From Methanosarcinales archaeon (GTDB lineage: Archaea; Halobacteriota; Syntropharchaeia; Alkanophagales; Methanospirareceae), in the NCBI GenBank assembly GCA_025464325.1, contig JAODGH010000039.1, positions 1 through 60,210 of the forward strand: a stretch of 60,210 nt of DNA. Direction: 5' to 3'. Below the pieces are notes generated by a model. The model saw only the letters and a list, made by a program, of their open reading frames with translations, ran no database searches and was not told where the DNA came from. Positions 37,428 through 45,554 of this stretch are shown piece after piece. Numbering within the stretch: position 1 is the first letter of the stretch; each line of letters starts with the position of its first letter. A program made the position numbers and the translations under genes.

Positions 37428-37937
37428 TTACCTCGTTACACCTCCTTCTCGCTCTTTTCTTCTTACCATTTTACCACCTTCTCTTAATATTTTCGCTCAG
37501 ACTATAAAATTAAAACTCATATAATATAAAAAGATTCGGCTTTTGAAGGGGTATTGCGTAACCCGCCTCTCACTATTTCGAGCATTTTTTGTGGCTCATG
37601 TTTAGATTGTACTTATGACGCTCATAGTTTTATGGTTTAATATCGCATTACAGGAGATAGAATCTGCTGCTCCTTCATAAACAACAGTTAGTTATTTACT
37701 GGAAAAATGTATACGCTACTGGTAATAGATGGAGATGGTGAAATAGGGTATAGTACGGGGAACAGAGTCGGAGCGATGTTCATAATCGCTCGGACTTCTA
37801 TCTATATACTTTCTGTGGACATCTACTATGTAGTCGATGAATTAAGGTACGGACTGAATTGAGGAGTTTTGGGTTCGAGATATGTGTCAAAAAAAGAGGA
37901 GTTATAGAAGTTTGCCGAATGGTAGTTGTTGATGTGC

Positions 37938-37966
37938 TAAATTTAATTTAGTCGGCTTTATAAATT
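37938..37966 (+). promoter_or_regulatory. TATA-like AT-rich boxes upstream of the tRNA (ctaaatttaattta / tttataaat)
   Basis: Located 11-39 nt upstream of the mature tRNA 5' end. Spacing is compatible with an archaeal TATA box about 25 nt from a start just upstream of the tRNA. Confidence 0.35.
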
Positions 37967-37976
37967 AGTTAGAGTA

Positions 37977-38049
37977 GGAGTCGTGTGGTAGCGGACTATC
38001 CCTTCGGGCTTCGGACCCGATGACCTGGGTTCAAATCCCAGCGACTCCG
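37977..38049 (+). tRNA. tRNA-Arg (anticodon UCG)
   Basis: Hand-folded. Acceptor stem GGAGTCG/CGACTCC. Anticodon stem TCGGG/CCCGA with loop CTTCGGA (U33, anticodon TCG). T-arm CTGGG-TTCAAAT-CCCAG. 4-nt variable loop and discriminator G. The D-stem is weak, with only 2 Watson-Crick pairs in my fold. Confidence 0.8.
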
Positions 38050-38052
38050 TAA

Positions 38053-39126
38053 GTGATGCATATGGACAGGATAAGAGAGTTGATAGAAAGAACGGGCATT
38101 CTGGATAACGCGGCTATGGATGCGGCGAAGGTACGACAGGATCGACTGACGAAACCACCCGGTAGTCTTGGTATACTGGAGTCACTATCCGTGAAAGTCG
38201 CGGGGATCACAGGAAATCCTTTACCCGAGCTGAAGCACAGGGTGATTATAACGATGGCGGGCGATCATGGCGTAGCTACGGAAGGTGTGAGTGCATACCC
38301 GAGAGAAGTAACTGCGCAGATGGTCTACAATTTCCTTAACGGGGGTGCGGCGATAAACGTTCTTGCACGGCATATCGGTGCGAGGGTGGTTGTTGTAGAT
38401 ATGGGTGTGGCAGCGGACATAGATGCGAATACCGGTTCTTTCGTTAATAAGAAGGTTGATTATGGTACTGCGAGCATATCGAAAGGTAGCGCAATGAGCT
38501 ATGAAGCCGCTATTCGGGCGATAGAAGCGGGTATCGATGTGCTGGAGAATGAGCTGACGAAAGGGCTGGATATCGTCGGTGTCGGTGATATGGGCATTGG
38601 CAATACCACTCCAAGCAGTGCCATTACTGCATTCATAACAGGCAAACCCGCGGCAGAGGTCACCGGACGTGGCACTGGTCTTGATGATACTGGCTTAAAA
38701 CGCAAGATAGAACTGGTAAAGCGTGCGCTGGAGGTTAATAAGCCAGACAGAAACGATGCTATAGACATTTTAGCGAAACTGGGGGGTTTTGAGATAGGTG
38801 GTATGGCGGGTGTAATGCTTGCTGCCGCGGCACATCATGTCCCGGTGGTCATAGACGGTTTTATATCCGGTGCAGCAGCACTTATTGCGTACGAACTGAA
38901 TCACAGGCTGAAGGATTACCTCATCGCATCGCATATGTCGGTGGAATCAGGACATAGAGCTATCCTGGACTATATCGGGCTAAAGCCCATAATCGATCTG
39001 GAGATGCGACTCGGAGAGGGTACCGGTGCCGCACTGGGGATCAATATAGTGGATGCTGCATGCAAGATCCTGTGTGAGATGGCTACGTTTGAAGAAGCCG
39101 GGGTATCGGATAGAGAGGAACGGTGA
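38053..39126 (+). CDS. cobT: Nicotinate-nucleotide--dimethylbenzimidazole phosphoribosyltransferase
   Basis: 357 aa. Motifs LTKPPGSLGILE, GDMGIGNTT and MRLGEGTGA. Candidate starts are GTG 38053, ATG 38056 and ATG 38062. Confidence 0.85.
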   Translation: MMHMDRIRELIERTGILDNAAMDAAKVRQDRLTKPPGSLGILESLSVKVAGITGNPLPELKHRVIITMAGDHGVATEGVSAYPREVTAQMVYNFLNGGAAINVLARHIGARVVVVDMGVAADIDANTGSFVNKKVDYGTASISKGSAMSYEAAIRAIEAGIDVLENELTKGLDIVGVGDMGIGNTTPSSAITAFITGKPAAEVTGRGTGLDDTGLKRKIELVKRALEVNKPDRNDAIDILAKLGGFEIGGMAGVMLAAAAHHVPVVIDGFISGAAALIAYELNHRLKDYLIASHMSVESGHRAILDYIGLKPIIDLEMRLGEGTGAALGINIVDAACKILCEMATFEEAGVSDREER

Positions 39127-40065
39127 GTGAGGTCAGAAGTTGTCTATGGACCGGTACCATCACGCCGGCTTGGACGTTCTCTGGGCGTCAGTCCCATACC
39201 CTATAAGACATGTGATTATTCCTGTGTGTACTGTCAGCTTGGCAGGACAACGCGTATGACGGTTCGGCGTGATGACTTCTTCGCACCGGAAGCGATAATG
39301 GAAGAGATTGAACGAGCAATTGAACAGCAAAAGGGTGCGATTGATTTCGTTACTTTCGTTGGAGAAGGTGAGCCCACCCTGTGCAGGAGTTTAGGATGGT
39401 TAATTCATAAGACGAAAGAGATGGTGGATATACCAGTAGCAGTAGATACAAACGGGTCGCTTCTTTATCGCCCGGATGTAAGAGCTGAGTTGCAGAGTGC
39501 GGATGTCGTGATGCCTTCGCTTGATGCTGGCACACCTGAAACGTTCCGGAAGATAAACCGACCACACAGAGGGCTTGATTTCGAAACGGTAGTCAGGGGC
39601 ATGGTCGAATTCAGCAGAGGTTATGATGGCGAAGTATGGATGGAAGTCATGTTAGTAAAAGGAGCCAATGACACGCAGCCGGAGCTGGAAGCGCTGAAAT
39701 ATCTGCTTGAACGCATAGAACCCGAACGCACGTATCTGAATGTACCGATAAGACCCCCTGCAGAATCATGGGTGGTGCCACCTGACGAAGAAGCTATTGC
39801 ACTTGCGCATGAGGTTCTCAATGATCTCAATGTTATGGATCTAACCTGTGAAGAGACAGGTGAATTCATGGTTACCGGGTTCGAGAGTCCGGAAGAGGCG
39901 ATTTTGAAATTGATAAGACGGCATCCAATGCGTGAGACGCAGGTTATTGAGACTCTGAGCAGGATGGGGTACAGCGGTGTCCCCGATAGCCTGAAGAGAC
40001 TGCATGAGTGTGGTGAGATAAAACGGGTGAGATACCGTGGTAAAGTCTTCTGGCTCTCAAGCTGA
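39127..40065 (+). CDS. Radical SAM protein (COG0731-like Fe-S oxidoreductase) with a C-terminal winged-helix-like tail
   Basis: 312 aa. N-terminal YGPVPSRRLGRSLGV followed by CDYSCVYC (CX3CX2C). It starts the nucleotide after the cobT stop. Confidence 0.75.
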   Translation: MRSEVVYGPVPSRRLGRSLGVSPIPYKTCDYSCVYCQLGRTTRMTVRRDDFFAPEAIMEEIERAIEQQKGAIDFVTFVGEGEPTLCRSLGWLIHKTKEMVDIPVAVDTNGSLLYRPDVRAELQSADVVMPSLDAGTPETFRKINRPHRGLDFETVVRGMVEFSRGYDGEVWMEVMLVKGANDTQPELEALKYLLERIEPERTYLNVPIRPPAESWVVPPDEEAIALAHEVLNDLNVMDLTCEETGEFMVTGFESPEEAILKLIRRHPMRETQVIETLSRMGYSGVPDSLKRLHECGEIKRVRYRGKVFWLSS

Positions 40066-40080
40066 GGTGGGTGGGACGAT

Positions 40081-41097
40081 ATGATAAAGTACGTGACATT
40101 TTCGAGGAATGTGTTCATACCCATCACAAATGTATGCAGGAATGCGTGTGCATATTGTGGTTTTCGAGCGAGGAGCGAGAAGGATGCTTACATAACGCCG
40201 GTGGAACGTTTCATGGCGATAATAAAATCGGTGAGAGGCAGGGCAACAGAAGCACTATTTACTGCAGGTGAGAGACCCGAACTCGCAAATACTCGATTCG
40301 GTGATTGGATTCGCAGAACTACGGGCTTTTCTTCTATCGTTCCATACACGAAGGAGTTATGTAAACTGGCAATAATGGAGGGACTGCTCCCGCACTGTAA
40401 CATCGGTATCCTGAGCTATGACGAGCTGGAGGAGCTGCGACCCCTCAATGCATCGATGGGTTTGATGCTGGAGACTACGGCAGAAGTGGAAGCGCACAGA
40501 TACTCGCCGGGTAAAACGCCCGAGCTCAGGCTGGAAATGATCGCCCGTGCAGGTGAGCTCAAAATACCGTTCACCACGGGTCTGTTGATCGGTATAGGTG
40601 AGAACCCCGAGGATCGTATAAACGCACTGGAGATATTGAAATCACTGTACGATGAGTACCGGCATATCCAGGAAGTTATCATCCAGCCGTTCGTGCCCAA
40701 GCCATATACCCCGATGAGTAACGCAAAGCCGCCCGAATTCGAAGTGATGAAGGATACTGTTCGTACCGCACGGGCGATACTGCCCGATGAGGTTGCTATC
40801 CAGGTGCCGCCGAATCTCACTTCGCCCAGAGAACTGATAGAACTCGGTGCTTCTGATCTCGGTGGTATCTCTGAGATGACTATCGATTACATAAATCCAG
40901 AATCGCCATGGCCAACCGAAGCCGAGTTAAGGGAAGCGATTGCACCGTTTGTGCTGCGTGAACGTCTGCCAATATACCCCAGATTCATAAAACAAGGCTG
41001 GTATAGCAAAGAGATACGTCCCCTGATAGAGCAATACGCAGATGAGGACGGGCTGAGGAAACGCACAGAAAGCAGCACATACATAAATACCACGTGA
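40081..41097 (+). CDS. cofG: FO (7,8-didemethyl-8-hydroxy-5-deazariboflavin) synthase subunit 1
   Basis: 338 aa. Motif VFIPITNVCRNACAYCGF and overall CofG-like layout. Confidence 0.85.
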   Translation: MIKYVTFSRNVFIPITNVCRNACAYCGFRARSEKDAYITPVERFMAIIKSVRGRATEALFTAGERPELANTRFGDWIRRTTGFSSIVPYTKELCKLAIMEGLLPHCNIGILSYDELEELRPLNASMGLMLETTAEVEAHRYSPGKTPELRLEMIARAGELKIPFTTGLLIGIGENPEDRINALEILKSLYDEYRHIQEVIIQPFVPKPYTPMSNAKPPEFEVMKDTVRTARAILPDEVAIQVPPNLTSPRELIELGASDLGGISEMTIDYINPESPWPTEAELREAIAPFVLRERLPIYPRFIKQGWYSKEIRPLIEQYADEDGLRKRTESSTYINTT

Positions 41098-41113
41098 TTC
41101 CTTTAGTATAAAT

Positions 41114-41953
41114 ATGGATCGGCATGTACTGGAGACTATGGGCAGGGCAAGAGTGGTTGTAGAAGATGGCAGGGTGGTGGAAGTGAGCAGCCCGATGATC
41201 AGGTACTGTCCGCTCTGGGCAAAGATCCGGGGGATTGAGGAACTGAACGAGCGCGTAATTAAGGACAATGTGGAGTTCCGGATACGTGATTTCGGCATGT
41301 GCACCCCGGATAGGAAAGTGGAACTGGAAGTTTTTGTCAAGTTCGGCGCGTCTGAGACGTTGATGACCGCACTCCGTAAAGGATTGTTAGATGCTACTGT
41401 CACAGTCTGTGAGGGTGCAGGCACTGTTGTAACTTCCAATCCCGCGCTGGTACAGGGTATCGGCGCACGGCTGGGTGGTGTAATGGAGACAACACCCGTA
41501 AAAGGTATTCTGCGCAGTATAACCGAAAAGGGCGGTATAACTCTCGATCCACCGGCGATAGATCAGCCTGCGGGTCTGCAACTTGCGATTCGCAACGGGT
41601 ATAAGCGAGTTGGTGTTACCGTATGTACGGCGACAGATGCGGAGCAGTGCAGAGCTATAAGTGAGGATGCTATCATCTTCGGGGTACACCTCACGGGCAT
41701 CACGCGAACCGATGCGGAGAAGTTATGCCGGGTTGCAGACCTGGTTACTGCGTGTGCATCGCAATACATAAGGGAACAGGCAAAGGTCCGTGCGATTTTA
41801 CAGGCTGGTACCGCCATCCCTATATTCGCACTCACACCCGCGGGCAAAGAGTTACTGCTGGAACGTGCTAAAGAAATAGAAAACGGGCTACTACTGAGCG
41901 CGATGCAATTACCGGTGTTGCCATCTGAGAAACAGCCGATACCGCTTATTTAA
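41114..41953 (+). CDS. Methanogenesis marker protein 8-like (DUF2099)
   Basis: 279 aa. Motifs recalled from the family: RVVVEDGRVVEV...YCPLWAKIRGIE, FRIRDFGMCTP, FGASE, VCEGAGTV, QGIGARLGG and IDQ. Confidence 0.65.
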   Translation: MDRHVLETMGRARVVVEDGRVVEVSSPMIRYCPLWAKIRGIEELNERVIKDNVEFRIRDFGMCTPDRKVELEVFVKFGASETLMTALRKGLLDATVTVCEGAGTVVTSNPALVQGIGARLGGVMETTPVKGILRSITEKGGITLDPPAIDQPAGLQLAIRNGYKRVGVTVCTATDAEQCRAISEDAIIFGVHLTGITRTDAEKLCRVADLVTACASQYIREQAKVRAILQAGTAIPIFALTPAGKELLLERAKEIENGLLLSAMQLPVLPSEKQPIPLI

Positions 41954-41954
41954 A

Positions 41955-42161
41955 CTACTCCCCTACTAATGGTGTCCCGCATTTCGGGCATTTCATATTA
42001 CGGCAGGGTAGACCACGCTTCTTCGGCGCTTCATATCCGCATTGCGGACAGACGCACTTTGTAGGGGGACCGCCACCAGCCGTCTGGGGTGGACCGCCCA
42101 TACCTCTACCGCTGCCACCCATACCTCTACCGCCGCCACCTCTGCCTCTACCTGCAGCCAT
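41955..42161 (-). CDS. Gly/Arg-rich small protein with a rubredoxin-knuckle zinc ribbon (DUF5320-like?)
   Basis: 68 aa. The N-terminal half is RGG/GRGMGG repeats. The C-terminal half is CVCPQCGY...CRNMKCPKCGT. The start abuts the SOR stop. Confidence 0.55.
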   Translation of the reverse strand: MAAGRGRGGGGRGMGGSGRGMGGPPQTAGGGPPTKCVCPQCGYEAPKKRGLPCRNMKCPKCGTPLVGE

Positions 42162-42503
42162 TTATTCCACCTCTATACAGTTCTGCCACAGCCCGTGAAT
42201 ATTGCAGTAAGAAAGTGCACAGAACGCTTTGAAATCGGTAACTGGCACCTTGAACGTGACATCAGGACTTGTATATCCCGCAGCAAATGCACCTCTGCCG
42301 ATACAAACCACCTGCCCATCCTTTTTGATACCAAACACCTCTATCCACGATATACGATGCTCCAGGGTGTTGGGATGTGGCACGTCCTTGCCCACAACCA
42401 CACGCACGATACCTTTTGACTTATCCACTTCAAATACGGGCAGATGTTTCTCCTCACCTTCGGCTTCCGCCCCCTTTAATATCTCTCCAAGTTCCATTCT
42501 CAT
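42162..42503 (-). CDS. sor: Superoxide reductase (1Fe neelaredoxin-type)
   Basis: 113 aa. Ligand pattern EEKHLPV, HPNTLEH and CNIHGLW. Confidence 0.8.
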   Translation of the reverse strand: MRMELGEILKGAEAEGEEKHLPVFEVDKSKGIVRVVVGKDVPHPNTLEHRISWIEVFGIKKDGQVVCIGRGAFAAGYTSPDVTFKVPVTDFKAFCALSYCNIHGLWQNCIEVE

Positions 42504-42534
42504 AACCTCCTTTGTATTGTACTATGTCTCTATA

Positions 42535-42822
42535 TTATAACTCTTCCACCTCGCGCTTGCCGTGTTCCAGTTCCGTCGCCTGCTCTTCATCTGCTTTTAG
42601 TAGCAACGCCTGGAATTCGCCCATATGCGTCTTCTCTTCCCGTGCTATGTCAAGAAGTACCCGCTTTATCTCCTCTCGCTCCGCCATTGCGGCAAGCTGT
42701 TCATATAAATTCACGGCGTCCAGTTCCGCAATTATACCAACCCGCAGTATCTCTTTATCCTGCTCCTCTTTATCTACCTTTTCCAGATCTATTGGTATCT
42801 CGCTCAACATTTTATACCTCAA
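42535..42822 (-). CDS. Small ferritin-like protein (EncFtn/rubrerythrin-like four-helix half-site)
   Basis: 95 aa. AELDAVNLYEQ ... AREEKTHMGEF resembles the E-x-x-A-x-x-x-Y and EE-x-x-H motifs of encapsulated-ferritin-type proteins. No Gly-rich targeting tail. Confidence 0.6.
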   Translation of the reverse strand: MRYKMLSEIPIDLEKVDKEEQDKEILRVGIIAELDAVNLYEQLAAMAEREEIKRVLLDIAREEKTHMGEFQALLLKADEEQATELEHGKREVEEL

Positions 42823-42996
42823 ATATATGATGGCATACGTACAAGAAAAATGAATCCCCGGGCATCATATCGCCCATTGTTAACGCGTGGCATGGAAGGT
42901 CGCAGCGGTATCGTCCAGACTTCAGGAACGGTATGAGCACCCATGTCTAAAGTCATGCTAACTTAAATTATTCTATTACCTCATAATCATTCAACG

Positions 42997-44004
42997 ATGA
43001 TAGAAGCGGGAATAATAGGCGGTGCCGGCTATACTGGTCTTGAACTGCTGCGATTACTATTGATGCATCCACAGGTGAAGGTGTCTGTGGTGACCTCACG
43101 GCGATATCGTGGCAGAAAGATAAGCGAAGTGAACCCGCACCTGGAGCGCTTCATAGAGCTCGAATACGAGGATATTGACGCACGTGAGATGGCAGACAGG
43201 AGCGATGTCGTATTTCTTGCGGTACCTCATGGTAGTGCAATGGATTATGTGCCCGATCTGTTACGGGCAGGTACACGGGTGATAGATCTCAGTGCGGATT
43301 ACCGGCTGGAAAGAACGGAATACGAGCGGGTATATCGGCGGCAACATAAGGATCACGAGCCCCGGAAGGCTGTGTATGGTCTGACGGAGCTGCATCCTGA
43401 GGTGGCAGATGCTTTCCTCGTTGCCAACCCCGGCTGTTATCCCACCGGTGCTGTACTCGCGGTTGCACCTCTATCAGACATTGCGGACCGTATTGTATTC
43501 GATGCGAAATCCGGCATATCTGGCGCAGGTGCAGAACCGTCTGTCAAATCCCACTATCCTAATCTTGCCGAGAATATCATCCCCTATGAAGTAACCGCAC
43601 ACAGGCATCTCGCAGAGATGAGGAAAGAGCTACCCGCGGTTAAGGTCAGCTTCACACCGCATGTCATACCCTCTATAAGGGGCATACTCACCACCGCACA
43701 TGTGTTCCTGAGAGAGGGTACGATGTCTGTATCCGAGCTGGAATCACTTTATCGGCAATATTATGACGGTAAGAGTTTTATCCGATTGCGTGTATCGGGA
43801 GTAATGCCTTCCCTCGGTGCTGTTCGTGGCACGAATTTCTGTGATATCGGATTCGAGGTTGAGGATGGTGGCGATCGAATAGTTATAATCTCAGCGATCG
43901 ACAATCTGGTCAAAGGAGGTTCTGGTCAGGCGGTGCAGAACATGAATCTGATGTTCGGACTGGACGAACGAGAAGGGCTGTGGCGTCCTGGTCTGATACC
44001 ATAA
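42997..44004 (+). CDS. argC: N-acetyl-gamma-glutamyl-phosphate reductase
   Basis: 335 aa. Motifs GIIGGAGYTGLELLRLL and the active-site region NPGCYPTG. Confidence 0.9.
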   Translation: MIEAGIIGGAGYTGLELLRLLLMHPQVKVSVVTSRRYRGRKISEVNPHLERFIELEYEDIDAREMADRSDVVFLAVPHGSAMDYVPDLLRAGTRVIDLSADYRLERTEYERVYRRQHKDHEPRKAVYGLTELHPEVADAFLVANPGCYPTGAVLAVAPLSDIADRIVFDAKSGISGAGAEPSVKSHYPNLAENIIPYEVTAHRHLAEMRKELPAVKVSFTPHVIPSIRGILTTAHVFLREGTMSVSELESLYRQYYDGKSFIRLRVSGVMPSLGAVRGTNFCDIGFEVEDGGDRIVIISAIDNLVKGGSGQAVQNMNLMFGLDEREGLWRPGLIP

Positions 44005-44005
44005 G

Positions 44006-45075
44006 CTACTGACCGAAGATATCCGAAACATCATCGCCCGCAAGAACCGTTATAATCGCATCAGCGAGTGCATGGGAGTTGTCTGGCGGTACTTTAAGAC
44101 CTGCACCGTAATCTATCAGTTCTGAAATGCCACCAACATCAGACGCGACGACCGGTACTCTTGCAGCCATCGCCTCCAGTGCCACGATACCGAAAGGTTC
44201 GTAGACTGATGGCATAACCAGTACATCCGCAGCTCGTAATAAACACCTGGCAGTGTGATCATCGAGATAACCCGTAAATACTACATGCTCGGCTACACCA
44301 AGCAGAAACGTATCGCGCTCCAGTTGCATCCTCATCGGACCCTCGCCAACTATCACCAGTTTCGTATCCGGGCATTCATCTAAAACGTGTGGCATCGACC
44401 CTATCAGGACATTCACACCCTTCTGATAGACCAATCTGCCGAGGAATAGTATCATTTTTGTATCGCGGGAGCCGCAGAACCGCAGCTTCAGCGCGTCTCG
44501 GTCAACTTTCAGATGGAACTTCAGAACGTCTATACCATTTGGCACAACCGATATGTTTTATCTTCGATGCCAAATAGACCTTTTAATTCCCTTCTCATGC
44601 TCTTGCTACAGACTATCACGTGGTCTGCTGTACTCACAAGTCTATGTTCCTTCTCGTGTATGCGCATCTGATACGTTTCCTTTATACCACCGGATCTGCC
44701 AAATTCTGTGCTGTGCATGGTCGCTACAAGCGGGATCTGATAATCTCGCGCGAGATCAATTGCCGCATCACTTACCATCCAGTCATGTGCGTGTACTATG
44801 TCGATGCCATAGCTCGAAATGATAGAAGCTCCCGTCTCTTGCATAACCCTGTTCATTCTCGTTATGTAATCTGGTGTATGCAGATCGACCTCTATTCGAT
44901 GTAGATGAACCCCACCCGGCTGCTGCCTGTAGCCACTTCGCCTGCCGGGTGTGAGCACATGCACTTCATACCCCCTCGTCGCAAGTGCTCTCGAGAGTGC
45001 GTCGACGTGTTCTGCAATACCACCTATCTTATACGGAGGATATTCCCACGATAGCACCAATATCCTGGCAGCCAC
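44006..45075 (-). pseudogene. Family 4 glycosyltransferase split by a 1-nt frameshift (two overlapping ORFs, 44530..45075 and 44006..44545)
   Basis: The N-terminal ORF (ILVLSWEYPPYKIGGIAEHV) and the C-terminal ORF (VPNGIDV..., EPFGIVALEAMA) together form one GT4. The frames switch at the T4 run at 44556-44559. Confidence 0.75.
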
Positions 45076-45076
45076 T

Positions 45077-45328
45077 TTACTTCAATCTGACGGAAACGCC
45101 TCGTTTACTCTTTCTAAATTCTAACTTGTCCTCCCGTGCCAGCCATCCCAGACCCATATATACCATGCTCTGTGACGCGTTGACACCTGAGACCACACCA
45201 GAAATGCTCATCTCCACCTCATCGTGTAGCAGGTTCCATATCTTACCCGCGGTTATACCTATCGCTTCAAGCATAACATCAGCCCCCTGATAAGAACTAA
45301 TTATCTGGTATGTGGTAAATTTTTGCAT
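45077..45328 (-). CDS. Winged-helix protein (DUF2582-like)
   Basis: 83 aa. AGKIWNLL...GLGWLAREDKL matches my memory of the DUF2582 wHTH family. Confidence 0.55.
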   Translation of the reverse strand: MQKFTTYQIISSYQGADVMLEAIGITAGKIWNLLHDEVEMSISGVVSGVNASQSMVYMGLGWLAREDKLEFRKSKRGVSVRLK

Positions 45329-45436
45329 ATGGTAAACAAATTGAATCTGATGGAGGGTAATATGGGTCGTGCTGACGGAAAGAACTGTAACCGATAAGGT
45401 CTATTCATGAGCTCTTATGATGAATCCCTCTTATTT

Positions 45437-45486
45437 GTTCATGAACCCACGCTACATTTAAGTTATTCCGGTTCATATTATGAACC
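45437..45486. promoter_or_regulatory. Two palindromic GTTCAT/ATGAAC sites (gttcatgaac at 45437-45446; ggttcatattatgaacc at 45470-45486)
   Basis: Read directly. Located 70-120 nt upstream of the deacetylase gene, in the divergent spacer shared with the wHTH gene. A half-site ttcatga also occurs at 45404-45410. Confidence 0.4.
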
Positions 45487-45554
45487 AGAGTGCCTATAAG
45501 AAAGAAATGACTCAATAAGTAACCGTCATAATACAAATAAATAAGGGAAGAGCA

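Noticed and set aside
37428-37600. Possible cobalamin or Ni/Co riboswitch in the cbiM leader
   Set aside because: The leader is short and purine-rich (gagcgaaaatattaagagaaggtgg...). I could not find a B12-box-like element or the multi-stem architecture. An Infernal/Rfam scan would be needed to exclude it formally.
42088-42146. Near-perfect 24-bp DNA repeat (cccatacctctaccgc.gccacc x2)
   Set aside because: It is not an independent non-coding repeat. It lies inside the 68-aa ORF and simply encodes the GGRGMGG peptide repeats. It is covered in the SOR operon finding.
45417-45490. C/D-box sRNA suggested by tatgatga at 45416-45423
   Set aside because: There is no D box (CUGA) at an appropriate distance downstream, and no C'/D' pair.
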